Source of the DNA: Penicillus capitatus
Taxonomy: Eukaryota; Plantae; Chlorophyta
Length of the DNA stretch: 64,000 nt
NCBI GenBank assembly: GCA_965649825.1
Contig: OZ287716.1
Span: 17,678 to 81,677, forward strand
Direction: 5' to 3'
Of this stretch, positions 1-13,181 are shown in pieces; position 1 is the first letter of the stretch, and every line of letters begins with the position of its first letter. The position numbers and the translations under genes were made by a program. Under the pieces are notes generated by a model that worked only from the letters and a program-made list of their open reading frames with translations, was not told the DNA's origin and did no database searches.

Positions 1-61
1 AAAGGGATACGCTTCGCTGAAGTCCATCGGGTCAAATAGCCCCACAGATTAAATCAAAGCG

Positions 62-3000
62 TTATTGACTCTCATTTAATAGTCCCTTGAAGAAGGCGGC
101 CGTTTTGGCAAAGCTCTGACCAAAAGGACACGGTTCCATGAGAGAGGGTCTGAGCCATCGAGGGAGCTTCTCTCGGATGGCCACATTTCCATAGCGTTCG
201 TCTGCCAGTACAATGCAGGCGTAGTCATGGATGTGTCGAATGGCACGGCCGATACACTGATTGACTGCTTTCATGCAGAGATCCTCATAATACTGGTGAC
301 GATCCAGGTGGAAAAGAGCATCCTTCGTCTTGTTAATGTGTTTCATGCGTTCCTGAAGTTCAGGATCATGAGCATTTGGAAAAGGCATGCCCAACAGCAT
401 GACGCATCTGGATACAGGCGAAAAATTGGATGAAGAGATCATGGACAGCGTGGGGAGAACCTTCCGAGGTGGTCGCCAAAATTGATACCCTCTGACATCT
501 TGCCACCCACGACACAGAACAGAATGGCTCCAGTTTTGCCATTTTCCTGTGATCAGTCGCCTCAGATGGGGGAAAGGGACAGGAGATGGACCTTTGACGT
601 GCACGCTGCCTTGTAATGTTTAAAAACCTTCTCCCCTTCAGCGACGCCTCGTGGCTCTACGAAGACTGCTTTCTTTAGCTTGATCCTGCTGTCCATGCCA
701 CTCTTCTCCAAATGCTGTTGCAGGGTAGAGAGATAGGAAAAAGATGGCACAAAGATGACAACGCCTTCGCCGATGATGGTGCAGAAGTTCAAGATCATTC
801 TTCCGATCTTCAAAGACGCAAGATCATCCACAAGACCAAAGAGTGTTTTTGAGACACACTTCAGCGAGCATCTCGGGTTTTGCTCTGTTTTCATAACGAA
901 GATCCAGTTGTTTTCGTGAAGGTCCATGAGTCAAGGTCAGAGCCAAAACCCGTTCCTTAGGGACAATGTGCGAACAGCTGAAGTTCGTTAGTCGATCCAC
1001 GTGATGTTTCTTCGAGAAGAGCTGAGATTTGATGAGGGACAATGGAGAGAGCGTGCCGCTGGCCAAGATGACGGAATGGCAAGCATCCAAGATCTGAAAG
1101 CACCTTTCTCATACAATACATGAATGCGATCGTGTGACCTGCTCAAAGTGAACAGCTGGGTTCAACAACACGAATCGAATCTGGATGCATGAATCGGAAG
1201 AGGTCTCGTCGGATGTCTTTTCTGTGAGGATGCATCCATTCTTATCGTCATTTTGCAGGACGTCTAGGAAAGATGAGAGGGCATGGATAGATCCGAGGTG
1301 CCCCGTTCCGTCTTCCTCTTGCTCTCTTCTGTGGTTCGAGACCTACAATGCAGCGAATCCTGTGAAGGACTGATTTTAGTATGTCTCTCTGCTTTGAATG
1401 GTAGACGGGATTCTCGCATCCAACGCACAGTCGTGATGAAGTTGACATCATGCAGGCCGCAATCAAAGAGAAATTGATTGACGGATTGCGTTCGGGATTG
1501 TGTGTGTTCAGAAGAGGCAGCCGTCTTGCAGTAACGCAGCAATTCTTGACAGATTCTGATGAGAGTCTTCAGATTGGTCATATTAGCTGGAGCTAAGCGC
1601 GTCTGAAAACGCTGAAGGTACATTTCCAACATCTCCAGATTCGTGGCCAACGACAGCTCTGTACATGATAGTAATAACGGAAAGTGTTAGATGATGCGTG
1701 ACCGGTGAGGATTGCTCTGTGTGCACTGTTGATGGCGTCCATGAGGTTATGTGCTTCGTCTACGATCAATACATTCCCCTCCATCTTGATTCCAAGAGAC
1801 TGACAGGTCAGTCGCCGTTTCAAAAGGAGAGAGTTGCGGAGTGGCTGTTTTACCTCTTTTGTTTGTTGTGAGAGGAGACTTGAATAAGGCACCAGGAGAA
1901 TATCTGCATCTTTCACAGCATTTCGCGTTGCATAGTATGGACAGACCATTTTGGATCGTCCCAATATACCCAGAGCCTGCTTCACCATTCTGTGCACAAA
2001 TCAATAGGCACATGACACCGAACCTCGATATCCAACGGCTCAGAGAGCAAAGTATCCACCATGCTTGCGTGTCTCTTGACATCGGTTTTATCTCTTTTCT
2101 TTAGGTAAGGGCAACTGCCACCTTGAGAAGCAGGGAGACGGCAGGAATGTTCATTTGTGGATCTTTTATCGACAGAAGAAGGTCGCGCTTTCTTTGAGGA
2201 TTTTTTGTTCTTCAGATCGAGACATTTCTCATTGATCATGGTGGCTGACGGCAGTCGGGCCACACTCGAATTCAGACACATGGCCTTTCGTGATGCCAGC
2301 GTTACCAACGAATGGTCCCGGGCAAATCCCGTGCGCTTAAATTCGCCTGGAACCACACTCCTCAGTGAAGTCTCCTTCATTCGTGCGATAATCAGAGATC
2401 TACTGATGAACTGAGATAGCTGTGAGTGGGTTCTGCTGACGATGATGATCTGTCTCCTCGTGCTTTGAGTGTCCGCATCTTCATCATCCTCTTCTGAGTC
2501 GTCGCTGTATCACACCCTTCAGACAGAGTGTCTTCTAAGCGCACAGCGGATATACCTGGAACCGTTTCCTGTTTCATCTGGATCGCTCAGGAGAAACTCG
2601 ACATCTTCCTGTGCACCGTGGCTGCGTTGACGTTTCTGTTCAAGGGATGCCAATCTGGACGGTTCATTGTAATTGGTTGGCGGTTAACTTGGTGAATGCG
2701 ATGGCGTTTCTTGTCGATTTTCGCGTCTCTGATGGCCGTTTTCTGACGAGATTGGCAAAAAGACATTTTCTGAAACTGCTCAAATATCCAAGGCGGTTCA
2801 TCTCCTTCAGGTTCGATTTCTTTATCTGGAGGGCGCTCTCGGTTGGCTTTAAGCCATTCAAGCGATCCACAGATGAGACTCAACGTCTTTCCCGTTCCTT
2901 AAAACGCACTTTCTCGCCAAAGCACCAGTAGAAAAGGCGTGATATACCAGTGGGACTCTCAAAGAGACCGATGGATCGGTTGTCCAAGGAGGCATAAAGT

Positions 3001-3089
3001 GATCGCATAAAATCCAGCTGAATGGAATAAGGCTTATGGGGAAATGACGAGAAGGGACGCTCTCCTTCGAGGGTCGCCGACGGATCCAT
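62..3089 (-). CDS. DDX11: ATP-dependent DNA helicase DDX11/Chl1 (XPD-family Fe-S helicase), multi-exon
   Basis: Spliced ORFs give [14 protein letters not shown]|TGKT (Walker A), [10 protein letters not shown], Fe-S cysteines (MCLN, KCLDL, SCPY, CPYY), [28 protein letters not shown] and [26 protein letters not shown]. Introns are GT-AG, about 45-60 nt. Confidence 0.95.
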
Positions 3090-3857
3090 TGAACGAACGT
3101 CCTCTGTCGGAACTCTCCGGAACGACGTCGTCCAGACGTGTACCCTATCGCCGGCGTCTCAGATTCTGGCGAAGATGTGACGTGTACTGGGCTGCCTAGC
3201 TACGCTGAGTTGACAATCACTCGAGGCAGACGAAAAAGCGCCCATGAGTCAGTCGTAACAATTGTCGAAGAAGTTTGGTAGAATTTTGGCACCGTCTGGT
3301 ATGCTGCAAAAGAGACGTTGGATGTTGCGTGGACTGAAAACAACGGCGTCTTTGTGAACTGTCTCTTCATTGGCTGTCAGAGGTTATCGTGACACGCCGC
3401 AGTACTTAACAACCGTTCTACAGCAGTAAAGCAGAGCTGAGGTGGAATAGTTTGCGTTTGAGACAACAGGATCATCGAATCACATCCTCTTTGAATAAAA
3501 TGCTTAGGCGACGAACCGTTCCGTTAAGAGAACGCAGTGGCAACAGACGAAGCGCACCCGACAGGGCCGGGCGCAGGAAGGTACGGATACCACTTCTTCC
3601 CTTGTGACGCAGCGAGCAACGCTGTCGGTTGTGTAGGCAGTGCTTAGTCGCGAATTGTCTTTCGACGCCGTCTCAGCCGAAACCAGTATACCGACTGCCG
3701 ACACAACTGCAAGGCACAAAAGACTCAGGCGCTGTAGAAACGCGGTGCGTGTTTTCTGTGCTGTGAGACGGGCTGGTTATATCCATGATGCTGCCAGGTA
3801 AACAAACGTTGTAGGCAGCTATTCACTAGGGGCGTCCATCACAGCAATTCCTCTTCC

Positions 3858-5273
3858 ATGACCTCAGAGACAAGCGATTCCCGACATCGTCAAAAGAATG
3901 CTGAGCGGGTCGATGATGACAGCTGTCCTGGGTGGAAGTCATTGCCGGAGGACATCTTCAACATCATCCTTGGCAAACTACCCTCAACGGACAACGCCAG
4001 AGGCCACTTGCGCGGCGTCTGTCACAGCTGGAAGGAGAGTGTGGACCAGTCACTCAGTGCACTGTCTCTGTCATTTGATGGTGTCCATCGCACCTCGGGA
4101 GAGAGCAGCATGAGAGCCATCTGTGTTCCCTTCCTCAATAGAAAGCTGGATGTCACACTGTGTGACAGAGTTCACTGTTTTCTTGATCGACTGTCCTGTT
4201 TAGACGCTCTCCATATCACACATACGGGTAAACTGAGTTTCAAAACCATCTTCGCCATGTTGCAATCGAGGAGTTCTCTGAGAACGTTGTGCTTGTCCTA
4301 CTGCAGCAACATCCAGGATGTCGATCTCAAGAGTGTGGCAACGTTGTCATCTCTCACAGCGCTGGATCTGTCTGGATGTCGTGACATCTCTGATATTGGA
4401 TTGGCTCAGATTTCACAGTTGCAAGAGCTGAGAGTGCTTAGACTGAAGAAATGTTGGAGACTGACGGACAGATGCATGGAACCGATATCCCAGCTCGAAC
4501 AGCTGGAGGAGCTTCTCATGCGTGACTGTTGGCGATTGACAGCGACAGGACTGTCCTGTGCATCGAGGCTATCGAATCTGAGAATTCTGAACGTGGAAAG
4601 ATGCTTCAGAATCGCTGAACAAGGGTTCCAGTCGCTCAGACAGTGCCAGAAGCTCGAATACTTAAACATGCGTGATTGCTGGGGACTCTCTGATGTTGCC
4701 ATGGAGAGTCTCGGCAAACTGCACGGTTTGACGTACCTGAACATCGAGCATTGTTTTAAAGTCACGGATACAGGTATTAGTAGTTTAGCTCGTTTGAAGC
4801 ATTTGCGGAAACTGAACATCAAGAATTGCTGGGGGTTGACCGACGTCTCTCTGCATACTTTTCTCCACTGCTCAAAACTGACAGTGCTCGATCTGCAGCA
4901 TTGTTTTCACTTTACGGATCAGGGTCTTTCAACTCTGCAGAATCTGATGCATCTGCGCCGTCTTTGTTTGAAAGACTGTTGGGCCATGCGTGATACCACT
5001 CTTTTGGGATTCTCCTCTCTGCGCTCGTTAGAACTCTTGCATTTAGAACACTGTTTTCAAATTTCGGATGCTGGTGTCATTGGCTTAAGAGATGCCCCGT
5101 GTCTCTTCTACCTCAACCTTAAGGATTGCTGGGGAATAAGTGATAACAGTGTCGATGTCTTCAAGTCAATGATCAAGCTGAAATACCTGAACCTAAAACA
5201 CTGTTTTAAGATCTCTCCCGAAAGAATCAATGAGCTACACGCATGCACACCCAAAATAACCATTGTGACCTGA
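3858..5273 (+). CDS. F-box/leucine-rich repeat protein (FBXL14-like), single exon, 471 aa
   Basis: N-terminal F-box (WKSLPEDIFNIILGKL...VCHSW) followed by 25-aa cysteine-containing LRRs (LxxLxLxxCxxLTD). Confidence 0.9.
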   Translation: MTSETSDSRHRQKNAERVDDDSCPGWKSLPEDIFNIILGKLPSTDNARGHLRGVCHSWKESVDQSLSALSLSFDGVHRTSGESSMRAICVPFLNRKLDVTLCDRVHCFLDRLSCLDALHITHTGKLSFKTIFAMLQSRSSLRTLCLSYCSNIQDVDLKSVATLSSLTALDLSGCRDISDIGLAQISQLQELRVLRLKKCWRLTDRCMEPISQLEQLEELLMRDCWRLTATGLSCASRLSNLRILNVERCFRIAEQGFQSLRQCQKLEYLNMRDCWGLSDVAMESLGKLHGLTYLNIEHCFKVTDTGISSLARLKHLRKLNIKNCWGLTDVSLHTFLHCSKLTVLDLQHCFHFTDQGLSTLQNLMHLRRLCLKDCWAMRDTTLLGFSSLRSLELLHLEHCFQISDAGVIGLRDAPCLFYLNLKDCWGISDNSVDVFKSMIKLKYLNLKHCFKISPERINELHACTPKITIVT

Positions 5274-5440
5274 TCCTTCTGAATGGTGTTGTTAGTTCCT
5301 TTGCTTTTCCCTATTCGCATTCTTTTGATCTCTCTCTTTTGATGGTTAGGGCAAGAATGGTGGATCGTATCTAATCGTTCCTTCTAGGCGTGATTTTTTG
5401 TCTCGTTTGTTTTTAGAATGTGAAAGGCATGGTATGAGGC

Positions 5441-6231
5441 TTAAAATGTCTTGTTCAGGCCACAGAAATAAGGGATCAAGAACCTGGCATTAACCTTGAA
5501 GACTTCGAACTCGGCGGCGGGGAGAGGAACAGAGACCTCAATGACGTTCTCCTCATCATCTTCTCCAGTTCGAGTCTTCATATGAAAGTACCATCCGACA
5601 TCCGGCTCTCTTGTCACTTGCAGCATCTTCGTTGTCCTTTCTTGATCACTAAGTGCACCCTTATTAGCGGGATCCGGTTCTGGTTTTCTTACTGTCGTGA
5701 GGTTATGTCTTGGACAAAATCGTGAGTTTCTTCCGGGGAACTGAGCAGTTGTCCAAGCTGGCTTGGATACAAAGCAAATGACTAAACACTCCATTCCATT
5801 TAACAACTGAAAAGTGCCGCGCATGAACGCACGAGCTTGTTCCTCCAATCGTAATCTCTTCTGCCTGTCCCTCTGGTGGTTTCGAGAAACAGAACACCCT
5901 GTTTTTTCATATGATATGTCCCTCTGAAAGTCATTCGAAACGTTGGAGGCATAGGTCTGAAGACGATGGCAGCATCATCGGCGTAGTAACTCCACTGAGC
6001 AAAGTAACCCGTTTTCGCACGGTGAAGTACCGGCAGTGCCGTCGACTCCGTTGACGCCTCGTCCACCCTGGACAGACCACACTTTATGAATTCAGCCTCC
6101 TTTTGAAAGCGAACACCGAACATTGCTGCAAAGCTTCGCTGAGCGTTTCCTCTGGTCAACAAGTTAGATCGCGCAGAAGGAGGTTCGGGTAAAGACGGGA
6201 GACAACGCAGGCGCTCGGTGCAAATCTGCAT
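5441..6231 (-). CDS. WHY: Whirly single-stranded DNA-binding protein with a probable organellar transit peptide, 3 exons
   Basis: After removing a 51-nt and a 44-nt GT-AG intron, the protein reads KKQGVLFLE..RDYDWRNKLSFALYPSQLGQLL..HDFVQD..KMLQV..VSVPLPAAEFEVF..FLIPYFCG, matching Whirly motifs. Confidence 0.85.
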
Positions 6232-6506
6232 GACACTGCCACTGCCGCAGTTGCTCGTGTTCGTTAACCCGCATATCTAAACACACGTTACCCTTGTCGG
6301 TTTTTCGCAAACGAACACAAGATCGGCTGAGTCGAAGATCGCGGGACGCGTATACCTACCTTTCTCCCGGTGACACCGTAAGTTCGAAAAACGCCGCAGA
6401 GGCGGCGTAGCTCTAGCAAACCCCGCATCATTTCCAATTCGACTGACGCCAAAGATTGTATCGTTTGTACATGCACAAAGGGAATCATTTGGACGACGGA
6501 CGACAC

Positions 6507-7557
6507 ATGACGTCCGCATCGTCATGCAGCAGCTGGGATGCCATGCCGGAAATCTATCAAAAGCGAAAAGACATGACAAACGGTGGATCTGAGGAGCCAG
6601 TCGATGATGCCGGTCATCGATGGTCTGCCAAATATCAAAGGGATTCGCCGCCAATGTCTGAACGATCTCTGGATTCCTTACCTCGGAGACCGTCACTTTG
6701 GATGAACACTGGCTCCGGTGAACAGGTCATCTATCCATTCATACCTTGGTATTGTTGAGATTCGATGGATGGTGGAGGAGGCAGAGGTTGCGCAATTTGA
6801 CACGATGGTATCCCTTGTAGCTGAGGTGCAGCACGTGATCGGTCTGAGGGAATCTCTCAAATCAGAGCTGGTGTTTCATGGATACAGTGACGTGGCAGGA
6901 AGAATGGGAGATTTGGGAGTCGACATCAGAAATGTCACACATTCTCCTTTGCAGATCCACGACATGCAAAGGCCCGTTTCGCGTTCTGCATCTAAGATAC
7001 ATGATACATGGCTGTGCAGGAAGACAGGCCGATCAACAGACAGTTTGCTGAATCCGGCAGTGATCCCGCAGGGCTCTCGCATTCCAGATCGTGAAAGAAC
7101 CGATGTGACAGATGAAGCGCACAAACGTACACAGGATTCGAGGAAAGCGATCCGACCGAAATCTTCCGTGAGAGCAGCCGTGCATCAAGATGGGTCGAGA
7201 ATTGCCAGATTCGCTGAGACAGGATTTCCATCTCAAGAATCTTATATGAAAGCGATCAGGCACTGTGGAGGAAGGGACCGTGAGCCGAAATCCGAGACAG
7301 TACCTTTATTGAGAAGATGGTTACCACCGGGACCTTCGAGAATTCCAAAGCCACCGGTCTCGAAAGACAACACCCTTATTTGCAGCGCTGGCAGGCACAG
7401 AGATACCTGGCCGAATCACACAGAAAGCTGCATTCCCCGAGACTCCGATCTCAATCACTCGAATAGCTTCTGCATTTTTACCCAGCAAGACAGCGGTAGC
7501 AGCCAGACTCCTATGGCCTGTGATCGGCGAGCGGGGAAATCCGCATCCCGTGTGTGA
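6507..7557 (+). CDS. Hypothetical protein; exon structure and 3' end uncertain
   Basis: Two long same-strand ORFs (6456-6758, 6718-7557) can be joined by a 34-nt GT-AG intron. No family recognised. Confidence 0.35.
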
Positions 7558-8223
7558 TGCTTGCGATGCCGTGATAACAGCACAGACGCTCATGCTTCAG
7601 CATTCCATGTCGGTGATCAACAAATACATGCAGGGAATAGAGATCAAAATTCGAAAGAGGGTGTCTCTGGTCGAGCACACAAATGAACACTCTCTCTTTC
7701 TCGCCGTCCTGAGAATTACGGCATAATTAATCGCTAACCAAAAAATACATGTTGCCTTGGAGAAGCTGAAGGAATGTTCATCGTTCGCTCAAGCAAATGG
7801 CCAAGTCAAGGTTCAAACATTGTTTTGAGGTGTCCCTTTTGAACTGATCGGAACCAACAAACTGATTTGTACGCGAACGGCGTGAAAAATCTATTCTAAG
7901 TGAACCCTGGGTACGGTTTCCAACACCCAGTGGTTGATAATTACCTCAGACCCACCGTTTCGCGCCCTCTGTCTCGTTTACACGTTTCCGACGCGCAAAT
8001 TTCACAGAGCCCTCTCTTTTCCAATAACAAACAAGGTCATGAGTACCGAAGCAATCAATGGAGACATTACTCCGGCGAAAAAGAAGACGCGAAAGCATTC
8101 AGTCAACAAATTCGCGCTCTCCTGTTCACATAACAAGACGCAGAAGACAGAACGAGATGCAAATCCTTCTGCCAATCATCGCCGGAGGGCAAAGTCGAAC
8201 AGCAACGGTGAGAAAAACGCTCC

Positions 8224-10128
8224 ATGGGGAGGCCCAGCACGCGCTTCGGTCAGCAAGACCACTTTGAGAGAATATGTACAAAAAACTGCCTGACGCATCG
8301 GGATGTGTTGTTTCTAGTACATGCTTTCTTGGATCGCTACGGAAGATTGGAGCACATCCTCAATCACCCGCAAGAGGAGCGGATCTGCTTTATTCATAAT
8401 CATAAGATTGTCCGCGCGGTGAAAGTGTACATCAATATCTACCATCTTTGGCAGAGCTGGGTGAATCGTGAGTAGAGCGACCACTTAAGCGTGTCGTTCG
8501 ATACGGTTTCTTCTAGGAACACTAAGGAGTGTTGGGCTGGGAGGAGGCTATCATACTGCTATCGAGGTCTTTGGGAGAGAATTTCATTTCGGCTGCTGTC
8601 CACAAATCGATGCTGGTATCTTTGAATCGGTGCCTTTGCACCAGATACAGAGATGTAGAGCAGCCGACAACGATTCTCCGAAGAATGACGCGATCGGTGT
8701 GTTCCTCAGCGCACATGATTCCATATTTCCTTGGTAACAGGTGACGAAGCCTGGATCGGCACCGAGATGGCTTCACGAATGGGTCCCCTCAAACAAAGAC
8801 ACGTTATTGGTCTGTGGTCAGGCAGTCAAGCCGATTTTGAGATCTTGCTGCGTCATCTCAAGGAAGAGGTGGGGTCCTCATGTCATGCAAGCTAAGGCGA
8901 AATCGGGTGTTCGACAGGGAAACTGGAAAGGACTCAATTATCGACTTCTTTCTTTTAACTGCAACCACTTTGTTCGAGATGCTTGTCAAACTTTGCTACA
9001 GCATTCAAGACATTTTCATCCAGCCCGAGGCAAGACCTCATCTGATAGTATGGTAATGAACGATACGGTCGGCTCTCGATGTCCATCAGGCAAGATTCTT
9101 AGGTTCCGTCGTATTTGTTCAAACTCACGTCATTCTTTAAGTCACGATATATGGCATGTGTGATCGGCGATATTGATGAGTCCGTTATCTCTCTGCCTCC
9201 TATATGTTGCTCACGAACTGCATGTATGCATAGGGAAGAAGTGCCCCCGACGGTTGAAGAGGAATTCGCGTTTCGAGGCAGAGCACGATTTAGCAAGCCA
9301 CGAGATTCCCCTTGCTTACGACAAACCACAAGTGTGTTTGAAATTGGAACAGTCTGTCCCGATGACCCTGTGCCATCAACAAGAAGGCAATCGCTTCCAG
9401 AGCTGAGGAACCTACGAATTCAAGCACTGGAGCGAAAGACAGGAATGCACAAGGGACAGAGAATACCAACAGAGAAGGGATATACATTACTGACGTCATC
9501 TGTACACAAAGACTGGCGTTGTGTGGGTCCTTCAACGTCATTGCCATACACTGTAGAGCACTGTTGCTGCATTCATTTTATTCAGAGCGTGTTCTGGTAG
9601 GACTCCATCGAAAAATCAACATGGGAGAGAACCGAACAATCGACGCTGTTCAGCATGTCGGATTCTGACGCACCCCTCCACAGAAGCGAGATGCATAGCC
9701 ACTCCACAGTTCTCGTGGACCCTTTCATTTCTCCGAGAACAGCGGACATGTCTGTCAATGATGCAAGTGCATCATCGCCTTCAAAGGCAAAAGTCGTCCG
9801 AACTTCGGGTTCTCGATCCGACGAGAGACAGTCACGTCTGAGGCGCTCTTCGAGTCTGCAATTTATCGATCCGCCTGCGAGTGCTGCTCCAAGTCCGCGC
9901 GCATCAGGACTGAGCCGTCCACAGCAGCGGCAAAGATCCAGTCGCCGAAAAAAGCACCAGAGTCTTTGGTCAGAATCCGAACATTTGCTGAAGGATGCGT
10001 CAATGTTCACAAAGGGGGCTTCCTTTGGAGAAATCTGCCAAAAAAGAGAAAACACCGTGTTCCCTGATGCGAAGAAGAAACGTCAAGAAGGAACGAACTT
10101 GAGTCTACCAGCTCGCTCTCTCCAATGA
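8224..10128 (+). CDS. PPPDE/DeSI-family peptidase with a long low-complexity C-terminus
   Basis: Spliced product contains VYINIYHL, GLGGGYHTAIEVFGREFHFG (catalytic His) and YRLLSFNCNHF (catalytic Cys). The start may lie further upstream. Confidence 0.8.
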
Positions 10129-10848
10129 ATCCGCTCTGAGTGGAAGACGAAGAAGTCGCCAAGGAAATAACGAATACGGATCTTGCTTAGCGTTTGCAAA
10201 TAATAATCTGGATCATTGTTAGACAACAAGTTCGAAGATTCTCACTGGGTTCTGCTAGGCCAAATCACTTCGCTTTATACATATAGGTTAAGAGCATGTG
10301 TACGCGCATGCAGCTGGAGTGTTTTCTCTTTTTCTTCTTGACATAGGACGGTGATTGCTGGGTAGTCCATTTAAGCTGTCACTGAGGATGAAGTACGAAT
10401 TTGTGCAATGCCTTTCTGTGATACATGTCGCTTTTCCAATCGGCTGATCTATTGGACGCTGTGGAGTGTCTGATTTGTGGCAGGGATTGGAGATATTTGT
10501 GACAGGAAGGACATGACGTCGGTGGGTCTGTTGATTTTGGGATTTATGACTTTTGACTGGCAGATTTGCGCAGAAGTCTTCAGCATCAGGTGGGGCTCCA
10601 ACGGTTATAATCGTTCCGTGATTTTTTATGTTTTCCGCTTTCAAAATCTTGGTAAACGTTGTTTGCGATGCAGTTTCGTGTCTTCCGTTTTATTGGTGCT
10701 TATTAATTTTCAGTATCATAACTATCAAGTGCGACAACAGAGGATGGGGATGACGCTGTCAACGTCACTCTCCTTGAACTGTTGCCAGGCACTGTATTCT
10801 TTTGTTACATATCAATTTCCACTTAGTGTAGCGCAGTTGTCACTCCTT

Positions 10849-11844
10849 TCATTCCTCCCCATTCGTACAAGACCTGCCAGTGTAAAGGGAGAAGTAATCT
10901 GGATCAAGTAACTGGCGCATCAAGGACTCGTAGTTCAAGAAACCCGTCGCCTCTGGATCGTAGACGTGATACAATGCCAGTAATGAATCGTCGTCCAACT
11001 GCATTCCGAACGATTCAGTCATCATGCGAAAGTCTTCCAACTGGATCTGCAGAAGATTGGGATGACGACCAAATTATATTGTACGTGTGTTACCAGTCCC
11101 GTGTTTTTGTGGTCGTACATTTTGAAAAGTTTTCGCAGTTTGAACGCATTGTCGTTTGCATTGCCGAGTTTGGCTTCCAGTCTTTCGCGCATGCGTGCCA
11201 ACATCTTGCCAAGGCGTTCTCTATGATATCACTCAAAATCCAACCACTCAAACCGTGCATGCTGTACGCACTGTCCAACTCGGTTGTAAGAGCCGGCGTA
11301 GTGATTCTTTAAACAGACGCCTGGTTGGGATAGATCATAGTTTCGCATGGGGCTTCGAATGCACTTGCTCTCCTCGAACGGAGCATCGAAATCTGTTGCG
11401 TACGATGTCCGAAAGGCGTCAATGCGACGGTCGCCTGGACAGCACCAGTGCACGCGATCTGCGGTCTCTCCATGACGTCTGTGCCTTACCGAGTGACACG
11501 CTGCTCTTCGGTGGAAGAAACGGATCGCGCTTTGCCGTGTGCTGAAGATTCGGCCAGAGATTTTCGGGTCGCGCTTTGCGTCCAACGTCTGGTTGATTGC
11601 ATGGATCATCCGAATGCGCTTCCGTCTTTCGGAAGCATTGCGTGCGATTCAATATAAAGCTACCCTCTTCCGGCTGTCGACATTCTTTCTGGCACAGAAT
11701 CGGCGTCTTCTTGAATGTTTCTTTGACCCCCTCGACGTATCCGGTATATCTACAGGGCGATCGAAATGCGGCGTCCATTTCGTATCGACGGTACCCCGGA
11801 ATCTTCCATTCGGTATCCGTAAAGGGTAGTTTCGTCGTCGACAT
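10849..11844 (-). CDS. EF-hand protein with an N-terminal IPGYTGY motif, candidate axonemal protein; 3' end uncertain
   Basis: Spliced WKIPGYTGYVEGVKETF, plus EF-hand-like segments LFKMYDHKNTGLIQLEDF and LYHVYDPEATGFLNYESL. Confidence 0.7.
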
Positions 11845-11991
11845 CCTGCGTCGAAGAAATCGATCGCCCTCTGCTGTGATGCATGACATGTCCTGTCACG
11901 TCATCGCCCTAAAATGAAACCTTCTGCTCATTCTCTCCACCTTCGCTTTTGAAAAGTCGCGGTTCACATTGCTCGAGCCTTCGGTCACGTT

Positions 11992-13181
11992 ATGTCGGAC
12001 GATACCGTCGCGGTATGTCTCGTCGTCGCGTTTTTCCTTCCACTGTGTCTCGTTGTCATCATGTCTTTGACTTTTCTCGTCGTCCAGGTTTTCTGTGGAA
12101 ACTTCGAATACGATGCGCGTGCAAGGGAGATAGAACGCTTGTTCGAAATCTACGGTCCCATCGACAGGGTCGAGATGAAAACCGGTGAGACATTCTTCCT
12201 TTCTTCTACACGTCGTAGTCCATCAATCAACCGAGACATGAATCCCTTTTCGTTCACACACACGCACTCACTGACTGTCCACAATCCACGTTCTGTCCTC
12301 CTTTCCATTCATGCACTCAATCAATCAATCAATCACACAACACTCGCATTTAAATCCATCCTCTTCCCTGTCACGAAAGGACAGGTGTACTGTCAACAAT
12401 GGACGATGTCATGCATCAGTGTTTTCATTGCTGTTGTCACAGGATTTGCATTTGTCTACATGAAAGATAGGAGAGACGCTGAAGATGCCATTCGTCGACT
12501 GGACGGGTAAGTCTATCCGTTATGCACAACCTGCATCTACCATCCATCCATTCATCCACCCACTCGCACGCATTCAGATGCGAATTTGGAGGAAAGAGAC
12601 GTATCCTGAGAGTGGAATTTGCAAAGGTGATACCGTTGCTGTTATGCTTATCTCTTGATGTGACACTTGTGTGTTTTTTTTTCAATGTAGGCAAAGACAG
12701 ACAGTCGCCGTCGGGCATCGACACCTTCCAATACTCTCTTCGTCGTCAACTTCGATGCACGAATGACCCGGGAGCGTGATCTGGAAGATCATTTTGAGAA
12801 ATACGGCCGTCTGCTGCGTGTCAATATCCGGCGCAACTATGCCTTCGTGCAGTACGAGACCGTGGAGGAAGCCACAGAGGCGCTAAAGCATACAGATGGC
12901 ATCAACTTCATGGGACGCCCACTGACAGTGGAGTACTGCATCAATGATGAAAAGAAGGCGCGGCGATCTCCTCCGCCTTATCGTCGGCCGTCACCTCCTC
13001 GCTTCAAGTACGTGCGAACGACGCAGGTCATACGATGTGGCACCGCAGTGCAAACAGGTCTTCGCCTCGTGGCTCTCCCGTCTATCGAAGATATCGATCG
13101 AGATCTCGATCCGGAACGAGATCACCAAGCCCCTTTCGTCGCAGTCGTAGCAGGACGTTTTCTCCGGAACCCAGATACTGA
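11992..13181 (+). CDS. Plant-type RS-subfamily SR splicing factor (RS31-like; two RRMs plus RS domain)
   Basis: VFCGNFEYDAR..RVEMKTGFAFVYM..DAEDAIRRLDG, TLFVVNFD..RRNYAFVQY..RPLTVEY and a C-terminal RSRSRS tract. Five GT-AG introns. Confidence 0.9.

Noticed and set aside
5640-5850. Apparent frameshift or in-frame TAA in the Whirly gene
   Set aside because: It is resolved by a 44-nt GTAAG...CTAAT...TTAG intron that restores the Whirly alignment.
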